This document shows positions 9,633 to 18,947 of a stretch of DNA of 64,000 nt, in pieces. The notes beneath the pieces are model-generated. The model was not told where the DNA came from, did no database searches, and worked only from the letters and a program-made list of their open reading frames with translations. A program made the position numbers and the translations under genes. The DNA lies in the IMG/VR virus record IMGVR_UViG_3300025928_000005, positions 32,001 to 96,000 of that record; one strand, given 5' to 3'. Origin of the DNA: a virus. Within the stretch, counting starts at the first letter, position 1. Every line of letters starts with the position of its first letter.

Positions 9633-10265
9633 CTATCCCGCCTGAGTCAGCCGCTCGAGGAGCTGGGCGCGGTTGCCGGTGTCGGCCACACCGCGGTCTC
9701 GCGCGAGGGCTCGCAGGTCCTTGACGGTGAGCTTGCTCAGGTTCACCGGCTCGTCGTCCTCGAGCAGGTCGGGGACGAGCTCCGCGGCCTCACTCGTCAC
9801 CGACGACACCTGGGTGCGGTTGGGGGACGCGACACCCGTCGGGTTGTCCTTGGTGGCTCCCACCGGCGGCTCCTCCGGGGAGCTGGTCAGGGCGGTGAGC
9901 GCCTTGGTGACCTCGGGGTTGATGCCAGCCAGCGCCGTGGTCATGATCGCCATCAGCTTCTGCATGCCCTCCTGGGAGGACGCGAGGCTGGCGATCGACG
10001 TCTGCAGGCTCGCCGCGATGTTCTTCTCGCCGCGCTTCTCCTGCAGCTCGCGGAGCTTGGCCTCGTCGGGGGTCTCCGGGATCTCCTCGGTGTCGGCGGC
10101 CCAGTGCGGGTCCTTGCGCAGGTGGTTCTCGCACGCGGGGCAGCTCAGCGCCCACACCTTGGCCGGGGAGCCGTGGGTCACCGGCCGCGAGTGCGTGGCT
10201 CCACACCCCCCGTGGTCCCTCGACAGAGCGACGCTCATGACGTCACTCCGGGCGAACAGGGTCAC
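9633..10265 (-). CDS. zinc-ribbon protein with C-terminal SAP/Rho-N-like helix-extension-helix
   Basis: CGATH...CPAC; C-terminal LSKLTVKDLRALARDRGV...RAQLLERL. GAGGAGG RBS before the GTG at 10265. Confidence 0.7.
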   Translation of the reverse strand: MTLFARSDVMSVALSRDHGGCGATHSRPVTHGSPAKVWALSCPACENHLRKDPHWAADTEEIPETPDEAKLRELQEKRGEKNIAASLQTSIASLASSQEGMQKLMAIMTTALAGINPEVTKALTALTSSPEEPPVGATKDNPTGVASPNRTQVSSVTSEAAELVPDLLEDDEPVNLSKLTVKDLRALARDRGVADTGNRAQLLERLTQAG

Positions 10266-10552
10266 GGTTCCTCCTCGATTGACTTGACGGTGTATCCCTT
10301 TTCCCGGCACTCGGGACAGGCAGCGACCGTGGCCTCAAACCGCGCTCGCGCCCACCGTCCCGCCGCCTCCCACGTCTCCTCGGACGCGTCGGGAGCCGGC
10401 AAGCCGCCGACCACGTAGTGGCCGCGGAGGTGCCACCGCATCTCTCTCACGGCCTCGTCGAGCTCAGGCTCACCGACGGGTGCGGGGAGGATCGGGCTGA
10501 ACGGTGGGAAGACCGAGCTCTTCAGGTCGATCTCACTCTCACGCTCGGTCAC
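10262..10552 (-). CDS. hypothetical protein
   Basis: Coupled ORF with CPEC. Confidence 0.55.
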   Translation of the reverse strand: MTERESEIDLKSSVFPPFSPILPAPVGEPELDEAVREMRWHLRGHYVVGGLPAPDASEETWEAAGRWARARFEATVAACPECREKGYTVKSIEEEP

Positions 10553-10731
10553 CGACGTCCCTTGCTGATCGGGTAGATCAGCGATGCGGGCTGTGTCAGG
10601 TCATACCACGAGCCGAACTCCCTATAGAACAGGTGCCCGTGGCAGTCGTCGCATCGCCAGTGTGAGTGCTCTCGCTTCTCGTCGCAGATGTCCGGGCAGG
10701 GAATCTGAGCGCACTCGTGCTCGGTCACCAC
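10549..10731 (-). CDS. small Cys/His-rich hypothetical protein
   Basis: Coupled ORF. Confidence 0.5.
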   Translation of the reverse strand: MVTEHECAQIPCPDICDEKREHSHWRCDDCHGHLFYREFGSWYDLTQPASLIYPISKGRR

Positions 10732-11348
10732 CGGTCGCCCCGTCCGGACGTGTTTCCCGTCACCCCAGGCGCGCCCATACCGTGGTGGTACCAGTACCAG
10801 GTGCGGCGGGGCACGTGGTGAACCCTCGCGCCGGCCTTGCAGCAGTTGACGGTGAACTCGAAGTCCTCGCCATAGACCTGACCGTCAACCATCTCGCCCT
10901 GCGGCGGCGCGATGCCGACGGCCTGCGCGAGCTCGGTGCGGACGAGCGTGGTGACCGTGGTCTGGTGCGGGTCGTTGACGTCGAACGGGCGGCCGAGGTG
11001 GCCGAGCGGGTCGACGTCGGGACGGTCGTTGTTGGCGGCGTCCCGCACCATGTAGTACGAGTAGACGTAGTCCGCGCCCGTCTCGAGCGCCGCGCAGTAC
11101 AGGATCTCGAGGTGGTTGGGCATGAACGCGTCGTCGTCGTCGAGGAACGCGACCCACTCGGTTCGGACGGCGTCAAGGGCGCGCTGCCGCGTGACGCCGG
11201 CGCCGGCGTGCGTGGTGTCCTGGGCGATGGAGACGCTCCACGCGGGCAGGGTCTGCTGACTGACCGACTGCACCGCGCGAAGGAGGTGGTCTCGCCGCGG
11301 CGGGATCGTGGGGATGCAGACGGTGATGTCACCCTTGGCGGTTCTCAC
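10725..11348 (-). CDS. glycosyltransferase family 2 (GT-A)
   Basis: ITVCIPT, WVAFLDDDD (DxD) and GED motifs. GTG at 11348 overlaps the upstream stop. Confidence 0.85.
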   Translation of the reverse strand: MRTAKGDITVCIPTIPPRRDHLLRAVQSVSQQTLPAWSVSIAQDTTHAGAGVTRQRALDAVRTEWVAFLDDDDAFMPNHLEILYCAALETGADYVYSYYMVRDAANNDRPDVDPLGHLGRPFDVNDPHQTTVTTLVRTELAQAVGIAPPQGEMVDGQVYGEDFEFTVNCCKAGARVHHVPRRTWYWYHHGMGAPGVTGNTSGRGDRW

Positions 11349-11914
11349 GGCCGCCTCCGACACGCGTGGATCTGATAGTCGTAGGTCCAACCGGGAAGCT
11401 CGAGAACGCTGCTGACAACCGTCTCCCAGCCGGCGTTCTCGAGCATGTCGGTGACGTCGACCGTGTCCCAACCCCAGTAGTGCTCGAGGTTGCCGACCTC
11501 AGCCGTCTCACCGATCGGGGTCGACACAACCAGCGTCTCCGCAACCTGACCGATCTCGTAGAGAACGGTGTCCGGGTCATCGAGGTGCTCGATCGTTTCC
11601 GAGCAGATGAAGAGATCGACGTTGGGAACCAGGTGGATCGTCTTCTCGATCGGACCGGTGTACTGATAGCCGGGTGCGAGGTCACCGAGGTGCTCGGACA
11701 GCTTCGGCAGACCGAGACTGCCCGTGATCGCGCCGTCACCACACGACAGGTCCGCGACCGTGGAGCAGCCGTACTGCGCCGTCACCCACCGCGCGATGCT
11801 GGACGTGACGGCGACGCGCAGGTGATGGTCGGCCCACCGGGTGTGGTCGTGTGGCGTCGCGTAGATCCGCGCGAGCGTCTCGTCGGAGTGCTTGGGCCGC
11901 AGGCGGGTTCTCAC
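11345..11914 (-). CDS. class I SAM-dependent methyltransferase
   Basis: VADLSCGDG motif I and DLFICSETIEHLDDP. Confidence 0.8.
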   Translation of the reverse strand: MRTRLRPKHSDETLARIYATPHDHTRWADHHLRVAVTSSIARWVTAQYGCSTVADLSCGDGAITGSLGLPKLSEHLGDLAPGYQYTGPIEKTIHLVPNVDLFICSETIEHLDDPDTVLYEIGQVAETLVVSTPIGETAEVGNLEHYWGWDTVDVTDMLENAGWETVVSSVLELPGWTYDYQIHACRRRP

Positions 11915-12588
11915 GACGCCCTCGCCTGCAGGTTCGCGACGTCCAGGGGCAGGCCGTGCTCGACGTACTCCTCGTAGGCCGCGTGGTCACGGCTCGTGAC
12001 CGCGCCGGCGTTGACGAGCTCGTACCGCTCGTCCGACTCGGCCTTGCCCACGATGGGGTGCAGGTGCTCGAGAACGACGTCGCCGCGATAGGCGAGCTTG
12101 CCGAGGCCACGGCCCCAGTCCATCCACACGTTGTCGACGTAGAGGTGCTGGAGGCTCGGCGGGGCCATGTAGCCGAGGGTTCGCGGAATCCGCGCGTCCA
12201 TGACGGCCGCGGTCGCGAGGTTGGGGCCGTGCACGAGGTCGTTGCCGTAGGCGACGCCGCCGCCCATCGCGCCGATGGCATCGCAGAGGTGCCGGTCCCA
12301 GCCGGGGGTTCCCGGCAGGTGGTCGTCACCCATGAACCCGAGGCACGCGGCCTGCGTGTCGTAGCGGTCGGCGAGCTGGTTGAGCGCGCCGACCATGCCG
12401 GGACCCGCCGGCTCCACGACCTCCACGACGGCGTCGATGGCCTGGTAGACTTCGAGGTCGGGGTCGTCGGCATCGACGCCGAGCACGAGGAGGGTCTTGG
12501 CGCGGCACAGCTCGCTGAACGCCTTGGCGAGGCGAGCCGCGTTCGTGGGCCGCCCACGGGTGGGCGTGAGCACGATGAGATCGGTCAT
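11911..12588 (-). CDS. glycosyltransferase family 2-like
   Basis: LIVLTPTRGRP, FMGDDH, HLYVDN and EHLHP motifs. Confidence 0.8.
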   Translation of the reverse strand: MTDLIVLTPTRGRPTNAARLAKAFSELCRAKTLLVLGVDADDPDLEVYQAIDAVVEVVEPAGPGMVGALNQLADRYDTQAACLGFMGDDHLPGTPGWDRHLCDAIGAMGGGVAYGNDLVHGPNLATAAVMDARIPRTLGYMAPPSLQHLYVDNVWMDWGRGLGKLAYRGDVVLEHLHPIVGKAESDERYELVNAGAVTSRDHAAYEEYVEHGLPLDVANLQARAS

Positions 12589-13496
12589 AGCACGGACCCT
12601 ATCGCACGTCGGATGCCCTCCTCGAGGGACACCCTCGGCGTGTAGAACTGAAGCATGTTCGTGGGGTCCCCGACTCGGTAGCGGACGCCGGTGGGTGCCT
12701 CGAGGCGGTGCTTGAGCTCGGGCGCGTAGCCAGCCGCGGCGGTGACGAGCCGCGCGAGCTCGTTGAACGAGGTGGCGCGGCCGGTGCAGACGTTGACCGG
12801 CTCGCGGACGTCCTGGTCAACGACGGCGAGCGTGGCCCCCACGACGTCGTCGACGTGCACGAAGTCCCGGACCTGCTCGCCGTCGCCCCAGATCTCGAAC
12901 GGGTCGTCACGGCGCAGGGCGCGCTGCACGAATGCGGGGAAGGGGTACGCGGTGTCCTGATCGGTGCCGTAGCCGCTGAACGGCCGCAGCACGTGGACCC
13001 GGCCACCCGCGGCGGCGTAGTGGTGAGCGAGAAGCTCGCCGGTCACCTTCGTCCACCCGTACGTCTGGTCGGGCATGCCGAGCAGGGAGTTGCCGCGGAT
13101 GCTGAGCTCGCACTCACGCAGAGAGTCGGCGTAGCGCAGCTTGGGATCGGCGGTGTCCTGCAGGTCGACCGGGTACGCGGCGGAGCTGCTGAAATAGACG
13201 AGCGCGCCGGGCCTCGTGCGGTGAGCCCACTGAAAGAGCTCCGCGTCGATCGCGAGGTCGACGGCGACCTCGAGGGGCGCGCCGTCGATCTTCACGCGGC
13301 CGCCGACGACGGCGGCGCAGTGCACGACGAGGTCGTAGCGCCTGGCGTTGAGGCGGAAGAAGTCGCGGGCGTCGATCGGCCCGTTCTCGTCGCGCACGTC
13401 GAAGCCGGTGACCGAGTAACCGAGCGAGCTCAGGCGACGCAGCACGTGCCGGCCGATGAAGCCGAGGTGGCCGGTGACCAGCGCTCGCTTGCTCAC
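12585..13496 (-). CDS. NAD-dependent nucleotide-sugar epimerase/dehydratase
   Basis: ALVTGHLGFIG, FSSSAAY, YGWTK and GDGEQVRDFVHVDD motifs. Confidence 0.9.
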   Translation of the reverse strand: MSKRALVTGHLGFIGRHVLRRLSSLGYSVTGFDVRDENGPIDARDFFRLNARRYDLVVHCAAVVGGRVKIDGAPLEVAVDLAIDAELFQWAHRTRPGALVYFSSSAAYPVDLQDTADPKLRYADSLRECELSIRGNSLLGMPDQTYGWTKVTGELLAHHYAAAGGRVHVLRPFSGYGTDQDTAYPFPAFVQRALRRDDPFEIWGDGEQVRDFVHVDDVVGATLAVVDQDVREPVNVCTGRATSFNELARLVTAAAGYAPELKHRLEAPTGVRYRVGDPTNMLQFYTPRVSLEEGIRRAIGSVL

Positions 13497-14470
13497 AGCT
13501 CCAGCACCCTCTCCCACCGCCACAGGTTGTCCTCGATGAGGCTGGTTGACGTGACGTGGCTCCGGGCCTTGCGGCCCATCTCCTCGCGGAGGTCGCGGTC
13601 CTCCAGGAGCTGCCGCAGGTAGATCGGCCACTCGTGGGGGCGATCAACCAGGAAGCCGGTCTCGCCGTGCCGCACGTAGTCGGCGTAGGGGCCGCAGTTC
13701 GACGCGACGACGGGGATGCCGAGCGCGCCGTACTCCATCGCCTTCAAGGCCGACTTGGACTTATTGAAGAGGGAGGGCCGCAGGGGAGCTAGCCCGATGT
13801 GGAAGTCGATCGCCCGCAGGTAGTCGTCGATGCCGTTGTGCCACCCCGTGTGTCGGGTCTTGGGCCACCTGGTGGCGAGGTCGACACCCATGGTGTGCAG
13901 CTCCACGCCTTGGTTGCGCTGCAGGAACCGTCGGAGCTCGCTGCTGAGCTCGGCCCAGTCACCGAGGTGGGTGGCGCTGCCGGCCCAGCCGATCGTGGTG
14001 ACATCCGCGGCACGCTCGGGCTCGTGGTCGACGAGCCAGCTGGAGACGTGGTTGGGGATCACCTCGATCGGGGCGGTCGTGTACTCGCTGAGGCGGTTCG
14101 CGAGGTGGTCGGTCGTGGTCGTGACGAGGTCGGCCACGGCGAGGTTCTGTCTGGCCCGGTCCTGCATCTCGAGGTTGAAGAAGCCATGGGCGATGGGGCT
14201 GGTGCCCTCGATGTTCCACAGGTCGTCGTCGAACTCGAGGACGACCTTGGTGTGGCCCTTTCGGGCGACCTTCTGGATCCACTCGCTGGGGCCGGGCAGG
14301 ACGACGCGCTGGGCGATGACGACGTCGGCGGCGCCGAGGGCGACGTCAGATGGCATGTTGCCGTCGCAGCTGACGTCGTGTCCCTTGGCCTTGAGCGCGT
14401 TGAACGGCTGCTTGACGCGGTAGTAGCCGCAGCCGCTGTGGTCGCAGAGCCAGCCAAAGACCTTGGTCAC
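13493..14470 (-). CDS. glycosyltransferase family 4-like (GT-B)
   Basis: GCGYYRV, EFDDDLW and KSALKAMEYGALGIPVVAS...HGETGFLV motifs. Confidence 0.85.
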   Translation of the reverse strand: MTKVFGWLCDHSGCGYYRVKQPFNALKAKGHDVSCDGNMPSDVALGAADVVIAQRVVLPGPSEWIQKVARKGHTKVVLEFDDDLWNIEGTSPIAHGFFNLEMQDRARQNLAVADLVTTTTDHLANRLSEYTTAPIEVIPNHVSSWLVDHEPERAADVTTIGWAGSATHLGDWAELSSELRRFLQRNQGVELHTMGVDLATRWPKTRHTGWHNGIDDYLRAIDFHIGLAPLRPSLFNKSKSALKAMEYGALGIPVVASNCGPYADYVRHGETGFLVDRPHEWPIYLRQLLEDRDLREEMGRKARSHVTSTSLIEDNLWRWERVLEL

Positions 14471-14625
14471 CGACGACCCTCCGCGTCCCGAACGGGGCTC
14501 GGCAGCTTAACCCACCGGCCCTCGCGCTCCCAGCTGAACTTGACCCACTGCCACCAGGAGCCGTCCTCGAGGACGGTCAGCTCGCCACGACTGCCGGGAT
14601 CCGTGGGATAGACCGGCGCGGTCAC
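14467..14625 (-). CDS. small hypothetical protein (52 aa)
   Basis: MTAPVYPTDPGSRGELTVLEDGSWWQWVKFSWEREG..., overlapping both neighbours. Confidence 0.5.
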   Translation of the reverse strand: MTAPVYPTDPGSRGELTVLEDGSWWQWVKFSWEREGRWVKLPSPVRDAEGRR

Positions 14626-14936
14626 TAGCTGACCTCGTCGACGGCGTTGGTGGGGGCGGGGTTGACGATCACGGTGATGTCGCTCGCGGGGTTGCCGTTC
14701 ACGACGGTTAGCCCGTGCTGGAGCGTGCTGCCGTATTCATAGGACTGCTGGGTGCTGACCGCTGAGGCGTGCAGGGTGGCGAGAACCGTGCCGGAGGCGG
14801 TCGGTGAGTCGTAGATCGTGATCGTGGACCCGGCCGCGGCGCCGGCGTTGTTGATGATGACCCGGCTGAGCACGACGTTCCCAGCGGTCTGCAGCGTGAA
14901 GCTGCCGGACGCGCTGATGTTGAAGGTGTTGCTCAC
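14625..14936 (-). CDS. hypothetical, probable virion beta-sandwich protein
   Basis: T/S/N-rich with an ITIYDSPTASGTVLAT motif. Confidence 0.6.
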   Translation of the reverse strand: MSNTFNISASGSFTLQTAGNVVLSRVIINNAGAAAGSTITIYDSPTASGTVLATLHASAVSTQQSYEYGSTLQHGLTVVNGNPASDITVIVNPAPTNAVDEVS

Positions 14937-15217
14937 GCCTCGTCCTCCTCGACCGTGTCCTCACCGCAACGCGGGCAGCTGCGGCTCCACGCGTTCCACA
15001 TCCGGCAGCAGGCGGCACACCAGCGCCCTCTCTTGGTGCCGAGGAAGCCGCGGAAGCCGGCGAACGCGAGGCCGGCATCGCCGCCGATCTGGCGCTGGAC
15101 CGCGGTCGCGTGCCGCTCGGCGACCTCGACGGTGCCGCCGGACTTGCCGGCGTAGCGGGTGCCGTCCTGCATGTTGAAGCCCTCGCACCCGGGAGGGAGG
15201 TTGACGCGGACGCCCAC
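14933..15217 (-). CDS. hypothetical protein with zinc ribbon
   Basis: CAAC...CPRCG. Confidence 0.6.
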   Translation of the reverse strand: MGVRVNLPPGCEGFNMQDGTRYAGKSGGTVEVAERHATAVQRQIGGDAGLAFAGFRGFLGTKRGRWCAACCRMWNAWSRSCPRCGEDTVEEDEA

Positions 15218-15220
15218 GGC

Positions 15221-15439
15221 TCAGGCCTCGTCGTCCGGGGTGAACGTGAGGGTGTAGGGCTTGCCGACCTCGAACTGGTCCGCGTTCTTGACGGAGATGC
15301 TCACGGACAGCGTCGGCGTGGCCTGCGCCCACTCCCGGTTGCGGCCGTCGGCGTAGTCGACGCCGAACTCGAACGAGGCGCCCTCGCTCCCCCAGATCTT
15401 CTTGCTGGTGCACTTGACCTTCGCGGTCACCTGAGCCAT
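15221..15439 (-). CDS. hypothetical protein
   Basis: MAQVTAKVKC...WAQATP...FEVGKPYTLTFT, with RBS. Confidence 0.65.
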   Translation of the reverse strand: MAQVTAKVKCTSKKIWGSEGASFEFGVDYADGRNREWAQATPTLSVSISVKNADQFEVGKPYTLTFTPDDEA

Positions 15440-15458
15440 CGCCGCCCTCAATTCTCCG

Positions 15459-16070
15459 CTAGAAGTTGATGTGCTTTGGGTGGCAGTCGCCCCGCACGAC
15501 CCGGACCGGCACCGCGAGGCGCTTGGCCAGGCGGTGCACGTTGAGGTCCACGTACGGGTAGTGCCACTCCTTGAGGCCGTCCGTGACGGCCGCGTCGATG
15601 AGCCGCCGCGGCAGGTACGTGAAGCAGAACGTGAACCACTCGGGGTCATCCACGTCGGTCTGCCACAGCTTCATCGCCTGCTCGATGGTGGCGTTCGGCT
15701 CGGGCTCGCGGCGGTGGCTCCACACCCAACTCGGCAGGTGGGTGGACCGTGGCCAGATCCGCGTCGGGGCGGTCCACACGACGGTGGGGTCGGACCCGAC
15801 GTGCTGGATCATCGTTCCGAGGTCGGTAGGCTCGATCGCGACGTCGCCATCGAGCAGGAGCATCCCCACGTCCTGCGGGGTCGCCATCTGGCGCCACGCG
15901 GACGCGAGGACGAGGCCCTTGCGGCCCTTGGGGTGCGCCGGCTCGGGGTTGACCTCGATGACGTGGAACGGCTGCTCGACGCTGGGGATGACGTGGCCAC
16001 GCCACGCCACCCTCACGCAGACGAGGTTGATCACCTGGCCGGCGACGCCCGGCCCCTCAGGTGCTGGCAC
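15459..16070 (-). CDS. hypothetical protein, possible divergent GT-A glycosyltransferase
   Basis: GMLLLDGDVAI (DxD after a hydrophobic strand) and a C-terminal HPKH. Confidence 0.5.
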   Translation of the reverse strand: MPAPEGPGVAGQVINLVCVRVAWRGHVIPSVEQPFHVIEVNPEPAHPKGRKGLVLASAWRQMATPQDVGMLLLDGDVAIEPTDLGTMIQHVGSDPTVVWTAPTRIWPRSTHLPSWVWSHRREPEPNATIEQAMKLWQTDVDDPEWFTFCFTYLPRRLIDAAVTDGLKEWHYPYVDLNVHRLAKRLAVPVRVVRGDCHPKHINF

Positions 16071-16182
16071 TCGACGCCTCCCGCTCGGGACGGAGAGACG
16101 GCTCTCCCCCTGGCGTCACTATATCTACTACCAGCACGTTGAAGGCCGAGCGTCGCCGCGCTGTTATCGAGGTGTCGTGATG

Positions 16183-16686
16183 CTAGGACGTGCCGGCGAC
16201 GGTCTTCACCGTCGCCGTCGCCGTCCCGGTCACCGTGGCTACCTGCGCCCCCGCCCGGTGGTCGTAGACGACCGCGGCGCTCAGGGTGATGTGGGTGCTG
16301 TCCGGGAACGACGCGATGGTGCCGACCTCGGCGGTGTTGCCGGTGCCGACCTGGACGAGGTTGCCCACCGCGAAGTTCGCGGTGGTGCCGACGGACAGGT
16401 TGCTGGTGCTGCCGCCGGTGGTCGCTGCGGTCAGGTTGGTCACCGCCGTGCCGCTGACGGTGACGCCGCCGGCGGCCGCGTAGATGGCGTTGACGCCGTT
16501 GGCGAAGTTGACCTCGTTCAGCGGGGGCACCGCCAGGCCGCTGGTCGCCGTCACGCCGACGCCGCCGACGTACACGGTGGCGGGGCCGGTGTTGTGGATG
16601 ACGACGTGCGGCCGGCCGACGCTGGCGGGAGTGTAGACCTGGACGGCTGCCGCTCCCACGGGCGTGTAGATGGAACGGCTCGCCAC
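16183..16686 (-). CDS. probable capsid decoration / virion protein
   Basis: T/A/G-rich, near the capsid gene; IHNTGPATVYVG resembles the neighbouring gene. Confidence 0.6.
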   Translation of the reverse strand: MASRSIYTPVGAAAVQVYTPASVGRPHVVIHNTGPATVYVGGVGVTATSGLAVPPLNEVNFANGVNAIYAAAGGVTVSGTAVTNLTAATTGGSTSNLSVGTTANFAVGNLVQVGTGNTAEVGTIASFPDSTHITLSAAVVYDHRAGAQVATVTGTATATVKTVAGTS

Positions 16687-16687
16687 G

Positions 16688-17044
16688 TCACACCACCGAC
16701 GGGTTGGACGCCAGCGCGGCCAGGATCGTCGCGCTGCCGCCGTTGGCGACGGCCGCGTACAGGTTCTGCACCCGGCCCTGGACGGTGAGCTGCTCGCCGG
16801 CGTTGAGCAGGACGCCGGCGGTCGGGGCGGTCATGCCCGAGTTGGTGCCGACGTAGGCGACGCTCGGCCCCTGGTTGAGGACGGTGTACGCCTGGTTGGC
16901 GACCGTGGAGCTGATGAAGTTCCAGGTGTAGGTGCCGCCGGCGTGGCTGACGGCCGAGCCGGAGGTCGCGAACACCTGGGTGCCGCCGGACGTGGTGATG
17001 GTGGTGTTCTGAAGCTGGGGGTAGTCCCCCTCGAAGATGGCCAC
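16688..17044 (-). CDS. probable capsid decoration / virion protein
   Basis: VLNQGPSVAYVG motif; immediately after the capsid gene. Confidence 0.6.
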   Translation of the reverse strand: MAIFEGDYPQLQNTTITTSGGTQVFATSGSAVSHAGGTYTWNFISSTVANQAYTVLNQGPSVAYVGTNSGMTAPTAGVLLNAGEQLTVQGRVQNLYAAVANGGSATILAALASNPSVV

Positions 17045-17075
17045 TTCGGTCCTTTCGCGGACGAGGGTCGACGGG

Positions 17076-17102
17076 GCGCGGCGGCTCGGTGAGCCGCCGC
17101 GC
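17076..17102 (-). terminator. GC-rich hairpin after major capsid gene
   Basis: 12-bp perfect inverted repeat GCGCGGCGGCTC/GAGCCGCCGCGC. Confidence 0.55.
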
Positions 17103-17108
17103 GGCCGA

Positions 17109-18914
17109 TCACGTGTAGGGGGTGGTGTTGGTCTTCTGCAGGCCGGCGAGGTGTGCCGAGTACTGCGGCGCGTGCGCCACCATGGCCCCGTACAGGAAGA
17201 TGCTGTAGCGGAAGGTGGCGTCGATCACCGGCCACGCGATGGACACGTAGTCCTGGACCGTGGTCATCTCCCACGCGTTGGCGACGTTCGTCCACGTCTG
17301 GGGGAGCTGGTAGGTCATCAGGTCGGCGTTGCCCTGCTTGTACCAGGGGTGCACGACCATCTTCATGATCGACCGGGTGAACGGGTTGCGGAACTCGTCG
17401 ACGGCGGCGCCGGTCTGGATGCCGCCGGTCTCCGACTGTTGGATGAACAGCCGGTAGTTGGTGGCGGAGCCCTGGGCGATGACGTCGTCGGACAGGTTCG
17501 CGATGTCGGTCGCGGAGCTGAGCAGCTCCGCCGGGTCGGCCTTGAACGCGCCCGGGTTGTTGGACGAGCTGTCCCACAGCGCCTTCAGCGTGGTGTTGAT
17601 GACGTTGTAATTCAGCGTGGTGCCGACCGCGTTGTTGACGTAGCCGCCCTGCCAGCCGGACGGGTAGATGCCGGCGGTGGCCGACACGCCCGCCAGGGTC
17701 GGGATGACTCCCTCCATGCGGGTGCCCTTGCCGGTGCCGGTGTCGGCGGCCGGCACGGCGCCGGTCGTCGCGGCGGTGCCCTGCAAGGTGAAGCGGGTGC
17801 CGCCGACCTGCGCCTGCTGCAGGAAGTAGCCGGCGCTGGCGTTGTTGGTGTAGATGTTGGTGAACAGGGCGCCCGCGACGGTCGGGATGGTGACGTCTAC
17901 GACCTGGCCGGCGCCGACGGTGACGCTGTTGCTGGCGACGGACGGGGCGGTCTCACCCCAGTAGTTGCCGGCGGTGACCTCGACGGTCAGGGTGCCCGTG
18001 GTGAACGCGGTCTCGTTGGAGCCGGCGGTGCGCAGGGTCAGGGTCGGCGCGGCCGGGACGGCCAGGTTGACCGACGTGCCGGCGATCATCTGGTACTCCT
18101 CGCCGAGCATCATCTCCTGCAGGAGGATGAGGTTGGCGAGCGCGGAGACGTCCTCGAAGCCCTGGCCGCTGAACTGGGCGAGCCAGGACAGCTGCTCGGT
18201 GATGCCGAAGAACCGGTAGGGCACGTTGAGCGTGACCTCGGTCTGGCTACCCGAGGGCGGCAGGTTCAGCGGCCAGGAGCTGAACGAGCCACCGGAGGTG
18301 ACGAGCTCGTCAATGGAGATGTCGAGCACGCCCTGCCCGCCGGTCTGCGAGCCGCTGATGCCGGTGAACACGCGCTCGATCCGGCTGAGGCCCTGGCCCG
18401 CCGGGCGCGGGAACTTGTTGCGGTACAGGGTGTAGACCGGGTAGATCAGCCGCGACGGGGCGAGCAGGTCGAACGGCACGAGGCCGTAGATCGAGCCGAT
18501 GCCCAGGTTGCCGGCGGTGAACGACTTGTCGGCGCCGGGGATGCCCTGCAGGAGCTGGCCGATCTGCTCGCCGATGGACGGCTGGGTCAGGGCGGTCTTC
18601 AGGTTGCCGAACTGGTTGAGGAAGCCCTGGTTCATGGACTTCACGACCGACTGGCGGTTCGTGTAGCCCTGCATGGTGGCGGTGCGCAGGTCCAGGGCGG
18701 CCTGGTGGGCGCGGTAGGTGATGTCGGCCTGGTCCTCCAGCGGCTTGTTGGAGCCGATGGTGGCGAGGCCGGCGCCCTTCACCAGGTTGGGCAGCTGGGC
18801 CTTGATGGCGTCGCCGGTGGTGTTGCAGCGGGACACGGACTCCTGCAGGCCCGCCTTGAGCTCGCTCATGTCGGCGGGGGTCTGGGTGTCGGCGCCCTCG
18901 AGGAGTGCAGCCAC
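17109..18914 (-). CDS. major capsid protein (large, central beta-rich insertion)
   Basis: 601 aa, follows the protease, has strongly biased codons and an HK97-like C-terminus (FLYGAMVAHAPQYSAHLAGL). Confidence 0.8.
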   Translation of the reverse strand: MAALLEGADTQTPADMSELKAGLQESVSRCNTTGDAIKAQLPNLVKGAGLATIGSNKPLEDQADITYRAHQAALDLRTATMQGYTNRQSVVKSMNQGFLNQFGNLKTALTQPSIGEQIGQLLQGIPGADKSFTAGNLGIGSIYGLVPFDLLAPSRLIYPVYTLYRNKFPRPAGQGLSRIERVFTGISGSQTGGQGVLDISIDELVTSGGSFSSWPLNLPPSGSQTEVTLNVPYRFFGITEQLSWLAQFSGQGFEDVSALANLILLQEMMLGEEYQMIAGTSVNLAVPAAPTLTLRTAGSNETAFTTGTLTVEVTAGNYWGETAPSVASNSVTVGAGQVVDVTIPTVAGALFTNIYTNNASAGYFLQQAQVGGTRFTLQGTAATTGAVPAADTGTGKGTRMEGVIPTLAGVSATAGIYPSGWQGGYVNNAVGTTLNYNVINTTLKALWDSSSNNPGAFKADPAELLSSATDIANLSDDVIAQGSATNYRLFIQQSETGGIQTGAAVDEFRNPFTRSIMKMVVHPWYKQGNADLMTYQLPQTWTNVANAWEMTTVQDYVSIAWPVIDATFRYSIFLYGAMVAHAPQYSAHLAGLQKTNTTPYT

Positions 18915-18947
18915 GGTGGTTCCTTCCGAAAGCAGCGGGTTGGTGCC

